Positions 8,116 through 12,661 of a DNA stretch of 12,661 bases are shown one piece after another. Positions within the stretch are counted from its first letter, which is position 1, and the number at the start of each line of letters is the position of its first letter. Under the pieces are notes generated by a model that ran no database searches, was not told the origin of the DNA, and saw only the letters and a program-made list of their open reading frames with translations. The position numbers were made by a program, and so were the translations under genes. The stretch is from Octopus sinensis (taxonomy: Eukaryota). Location: assembly GCF_006345805.1 (NCBI RefSeq), contig NW_021826536.1:1-12661 (forward strand). Direction: 5' to 3'.

Positions 8116-8121
8116 ACATAC

Positions 8122-8204
<83 letters not shown>

Positions 8205-8209
8205 TATAT

Positions 8210-8242
<33 letters not shown>

Positions 8243-8349
8243 GCATGTATGCATGTTTGTATATATGTGTGTATACATATAGAATATTTATATAGAGAGG
8301 GATAGATAGATAGATATGAATATATATATATATATAATATGTATGTGTG

Positions 8350-8394
<45 letters not shown>

Positions 8395-8702
8395 ACAAAT
8401 ATATGTTATATATATATATGTATGTATGTATGTATACATATATGTATATATATACATTTATATATATTTATGTATGTGTTTGTGTATGTACGTATGTATG
8501 TATATATGTATGCGTGTATGTATATATGTATATATGTGTATGTTGAGCTAACAGCACTCGAGAATCTAAGATCTATGAAATATTTATGCATGTGTGCTTG
8601 TACATACATATGTGTGTGTATACACATATATATACACATACATATATATACACATACATATATATACACACAGACACGTGTGTGTGTGTGTGTGTGTGTG
8701 TA
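8116..8702. repeat. Compound (TA)/(TATG)/(CA)/(TG) microsatellite field
   Basis: Direct inspection; a short non-repetitive island lies at ~8545-8580. Confidence 0.95.
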
Positions 8703-9030
8703 CACGTCCATATACAAAATTGCTACCAATCCAAATATGATTACGGCAAATTCGAATCCATAAATAAACAATTCAATGTATTTTGCAATGGAGAATATTT
8801 ATCGTTTAGACAGAAAGGCGTAAGAGCACCAAGACAGAACTTCCTGAAACCCGACCGTCGGTTGCATGCATTTCGGAGTGGTTAGGCGACGCCATGTACT
8901 GACTCGATCTGTTTACACCTGTCTGTCTACAACCAGAAAATTTATCCATAACGAAATGCAGTGAAGGAGTTTCTTTCGCATTCGTATATACCCCAAGCAT
9001 ATCTGAACTCGTAATAAGATTGTATTTATA

Positions 9031-9261
9031 GGCGGCGAGCTGGCAGAAATGTTAGCACGCCGGGCGAAATGCGTAGCTGTATTTCGTCTGCCGTTATGTT
9101 CTGAGTTCAAATTCCGCCGAGGTCGACTTTGCCTTTCATCCTTTCGGGGTCGATATATTAAGTACCACTTACGCACTGGAGTCGATATAATCGACTTAAT
9201 CCATTTTTCTGTCATTGTTTGTCCCCTCTGTGTTTAGCCCCTTGTGGGTAGTAAAAAAATA
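9031..9261 (+). mobile_element. Full-length tRNA-derived SINE, same family as the 673-1214 trimer
   Basis: Head ggcggcgagctggcagaaatg (A box), B box gagttcaaattcc at 9103-9115, A-rich end. Confidence 0.92.
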
Positions 9262-9308
9262 TATATTAATCACTGTTTGGTGCAGTAACCCGGGACACTG
9301 ATATTTGA

Positions 9309-9471
9309 GGTGTAAACATGGCTGTGTAGTAAGAAGCTTGCTTCCCAACCACATGGTTGTGGGTTCAGTCCCATAGCGTGGCACATTTGGCAAGTGTCTT
9401 CTACTATAGCCTCTGGCTGACCAAATCCTTGTGAGTGGATTTGGTAGACTGAAAGACAAAGAAGCCCATCG

Positions 9472-9515
<44 letters not shown>

Positions 9516-9746
9516 TATTTATGTGTATATTTGTGTGTTTGTGTTTGTCTCCCGGTCTTCGCTTGAAAACTGATGATGGTGTGTCTCCGTAACTTAGCGG
9601 TTCGGCAAAAGAAATCGATAGAATAAATATTGGGCTTACAATGAATAAGTCCTGGGGTCAATTTCTTCCACTAAAACACCCTTTAAGGTGGTGCTCCAGC
9701 ATAGCCGCAGTCAAATGACTGAAACAATTAAAAGAAGAAAAGAATA
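9309..9746 (+). mobile_element. CORE-type tRNA-derived SINE (OR2-like) with internal (TG)n
   Basis: Colinear with 9800-10208; B box ggttcagtcc, CORE-like segment, tail gctccagcatagccgcagtcaaatgactgaaac. Confidence 0.92.
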
Positions 9747-9799
9747 TATATAAGACAAGAAATGGAGCAACAATTAACAATTAACAAAAGTTGATCATA

Positions 9800-10208
9800 G
9801 GCGCAGGAGTGGCTGTGTGGTAAGTAGCTTGCTTACATGGTTCTGGGTTCAGTCCCACTGCGTGGCACCTTGGGCAAGTGTCTTCTACTATAGCCTCGGG
9901 CCGACCAAAGCCTTGTGAGTGGATTTGGTAGACGGAAACTGAAAGAAGCCTGTCTTATATATGTATATATATATATGTGTGTTTGTGTGTCTGTGTTTGT
10001 CCCCCTAGCATTGCTTGAAAACCGATGCTAGTGTGTTTATGTCCCCGTTACTTAGCGGTTCGGCAAACGAGACCGATAGATTAAGTACTGGGCTTACAAA
10101 AGAATAAATCCCGGTGTCGAGCTGCTCGATTAAAGGCGGTGCTCCAGCATGGCCGCAGTCAAATGACTTAAACAAGTAAAAGAGTAAAAGAGTAAAAAGA
10201 GAAAGAGT
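9800..10208 (+). mobile_element. CORE-type tRNA-derived SINE (OR2-like) with internal (TA)/(TG)
   Basis: ggcgcaggagtggctgtgtgg head, accttgggcaagtg CORE-like motif, (gagtaaaa)n tail. Confidence 0.93.
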
Positions 10209-10238
10209 ATTGAATTATTACAGTTTAATTATGGTTAA

Positions 10239-10292
10239 ATCCTTAAAATCCTTTAAAATGTTTTAGCCCGAAGGCCGCGGCCATGCTGGGGC
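10239..10292 (-). mobile_element. 54-bp retroposed 3' tail inserted in the left inverted repeat
   Basis: Absent from the right arm. Minus strand reads gccccagcatggccgcggccttcgggctaaaacattttaaaggattttaaggat and shares ccagcatggccgc with the SINE tails. Confidence 0.8.
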
Positions 10293-10462
10293 ATAATATT
10301 TACAGCTGTTTCAGTTTGTTATTTGTGAGGTAAACCTGCGTTTATCTCGTTCCCATGTATCAAACATCATCAGAATGATTTGAGCTTTACCGGAGGAATA
10401 TTGACAGATGAAATCCATTCATCTATTTGAAGCAACTGTACACACACGTGCCATCTTTTAAC

Positions 10463-11314
10463 GAGCGTCGGCTGCGGAATCACTCCGAAAAGCTCTATCT
10501 GCGACGATTTCATCTCAATCGAAGGAGAGGGGTTTCTCCGTCCGAGTTGCGGATCCGTGGAATAAGCTGCCAGACGAGATAGTGAAGATGCCGACGACCG
10601 CTCGATTCAAAGTCTCTCTTGACCAGAAATGGCCTGAACTCTTTGCATGAACACCCTCTCTGTACATATCTCCCTGTCCCCCTACATGGCCTCACAACAT
10701 CATAAGCGGAAAGTGCAACCTCTCGAAAGAGCTGTTCTTCACTCCTGCTCCAGAGCATCGGCTGCGGGGTCATTCCGAAAAGCTCTATCTGCGACGATTT
10801 CATCTCAATCGAAGGAGAGGGCTTTCTCCGTCCGGGTTGCGGATCCGTGGAATAAGCTGCCGGACGAGATAGTGAAGATGCTGACGACCGCTCTGTTCAA
10901 AGTCTCTCTTGACCAGAAATGGCCTGAACTCTTTGCATGAACACCATCCTGTACATAACTCCATGTCCCCCTACATGGCCTCACAACATCATAAGCGGAA
11001 AGTGTAACCTCTCGAAAGAGCTGTTCTTCACTCCTGCTCCAGAGCATCGGCTGCGGGGTCACTCCGAAAAGCTCTATCTGCGACGATTTCATTTCAATCG
11101 AAGGAGAGGAGGCTTTCTCCGTCCGGGTTGCGGATCCGTGGAATAAGCTACCGGACGAGATAGTGAAGATGCCGACGACCGCTCGGTTCAAAGTCTCTCT
11201 TGACCAGAAATGGCTTGAACTCTTTGCATAAACACCCTCCCTGTACATAACTCCATGTCCCCCTACACGGCCTTGCTTTTTGTTTTTTGAGCCAGAAAAT
11301 TAACTTAACTTAAC
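10463..11314 (+). mobile_element. CR1-clade LINE 3' end, tandemly triplicated (10463-10692, 10693-10981, 10982-11273, then terminal tail)
   Basis: Translation HNIISGKCNLSKELFFTPAPEHRLRGHSEKLYLRRFHLNRRR/FSVRVADPWNKLPDEIVKMPTTALFKVSLDQKWPELFA* fits the CR1 ORF2 terminal RGH..KL...FS.RV...WN.LP...FK..LD motif. Ends in a (ttaac)3 tail. Confidence 0.93.
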
Positions 11315-11705
11315 GACGCAAAAATATAAGTCTAAAGACATAACAAACCTTTTCCTTTTTCCTTTTTCTTTTTCTTTTCTTCTTTTTTCTCCTGTCAACC
11401 TTCGATCTCTTGTCAATATTCCTCTGGTAAAGCTCAAATCATTCTTATGAAGTTTGTTATATGGAACGAGGTAAACCTCAAACAATAACACACTGAAACA
11501 GTTGTAAATGTTATCTTAACCATAATTAAACTACGTTCATCTGGTCTTAGATTTTATAAGCTAAACACGTTTCGCGTCCCCAATTCTGGTCGATGAAGTA
11601 GTCACTGTGCGCCATATATCGATCAGGTTAGTGATCGAAATGTTCTTTGGAAAGCATATGGAAGCCTCTTCAAGCTTTAGAACAAACAAAAGCATCTTCA
11701 AGACT

Positions 11706-11766
11706 TCCTCCAACATGACTGCAATCCTATGACTGAAACAAGTAAAGAATAAATGATAAAATGATA
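11706..11766 (+). mobile_element. Isolated SINE 3' tail
   Basis: ctccaacatgactgcaatcctatgactgaaacaagtaaagaataaatgataaaatgata resembles 10142-10200. Confidence 0.7.
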
Positions 11767-12246
11767 TTACACTTATCCTACTCCGTTCCGCGATATGTCC
11801 TTAAGAAAGGAGGTACTCTTGCTTTTAACTTACATTTACCATGTCGTCTTTTCCAGGATACGAATTATATCGAACACCTCTCTCTGACTAGCAACGCTAG
11901 TAAAAATTCTCCTAATGCTCATATTATTAACACTATATGAATGGCTTTGGTTTTATTTGTTAAAGTGCAAATGTCTACAGCGACTGCTCCTTCTTATATA
12001 TTCAATATATTCATTTTCTTTACACTATTTATGATTTTCTTAAACATTGTGTTACCGTTATCAAAATTTTTGTTTAAAACTATTTATGGAACTTTCCAGT
12101 GTTCCCTCGCTAACGCTTAGAAAAATCTCTTTACTGCTATTCCAGAAGAAAACATTTGAATAACGAGTAAAGAAACGTCGGTAAAAATTTAATCGATAAA
12201 AGTGTCCACAAACAAACCTGTCTTACCTCCCAAAAAATATACGGAA

Positions 12247-12302
12247 TAACAGCAACAACAACAACAGCAACAACAACAACAACAACAATAATAATAGCAA
12301 TA

Positions 12303-12341
<39 letters not shown>

Positions 12342-12422
12342 TAATAATAATAATAATATAATAATAATATATAATAATAATAATAATAATAATAGTAACA
12401 GTAATAATAATAATTAAAATAA
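12247..12422. repeat. (AAC)n grading into (AAT)n
   Basis: Direct inspection. Confidence 0.96.
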
Positions 12423-12469
12423 TGAGAAGGGTTGGGGGAGATCATAAGAAATATTTTTTTATGGTTGTA

Positions 12470-12661
12470 TGTAGTATATATATATAATTATATATATATA
12501 TATATTATATATATATAACCCATATATATTTATATATGTGTGTGTACGTGTGTGTATGTATATGCAAATATATATATGTATGTATACATGTATATATATA
12601 TTATGTATTATATAATATATGTATATATGTGTGTGCATATATATATATATATAATATATTT
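12470..12661. repeat. (TA)/(TG) compound microsatellite
   Basis: Direct inspection. Confidence 0.95.

Larger units (their letters stand above)
10222..11532. mobile_element. Candidate old MITE/foldback element defined by ~125-bp inverted repeats (10222-10406 and 11411-11532)
   Basis: agtttaattatggttaa ... gaatgatttgagctttaccggaggaatattgaca is the reverse complement of 11411-11532 at roughly 80% identity by eye. No clean TSD. Confidence 0.6.

Noticed and set aside
8760-9030. Unique CpG-containing stretch with short ORFs on both strands
   Set aside because: No recognisable protein motif and no convincing acceptor-donor pair; left unannotated.
10510-11248. Minus-strand ORFs of 97 and 147 aa
   Set aside because: Antisense frames of the CR1 tandem copies.
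11560-11645. Possible further hammerhead (minus-strand ctgatcga...gaaacgtg)
   Set aside because: Core is not CUGANGA and stems I and II do not pair convincingly.
11857-11940. Strong plus-strand acceptor tcgtcttttccag|G followed by a 27-codon frame
   Set aside because: No good donor, no homology and no partner exon; insufficient support.
12135-12445. Minus-strand hydrophobic ORF with donor gag|gtaaga and an ~90-nt intron
   Set aside because: The hydrophobic stretch is translated (AAT)/(AAC) repeat, and splicing leads straight into a stop codon.

Overview
AT-rich eukaryotic non-coding DNA made almost entirely of microsatellites and nested transposable elements. The SINE families look like those of Octopus (recognition from memory, not a search result). 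No intact host gene is supported, and nearly all long ORFs in the track are translated microsatellites or antisense frames of repeats. Main contents: several tRNA-derived SINEs (a TSD-flanked trimer and three CORE-type copies); an internally deleted mariner with TIRs and TA TSDs; a 462-bp spacerless palindrome with one minimal type I hammerhead ribozyme in each arm (Penelope-like pLTR type); two R4/Dong retrotransposon fragments in (TAA)n arrays; a 25/13-bp minisatellite; and a triplicated CR1 3' end inside ~125-bp inverted repeats. The most striking item is the back-to-back twin-hammerhead palindrome at 3729-4190.
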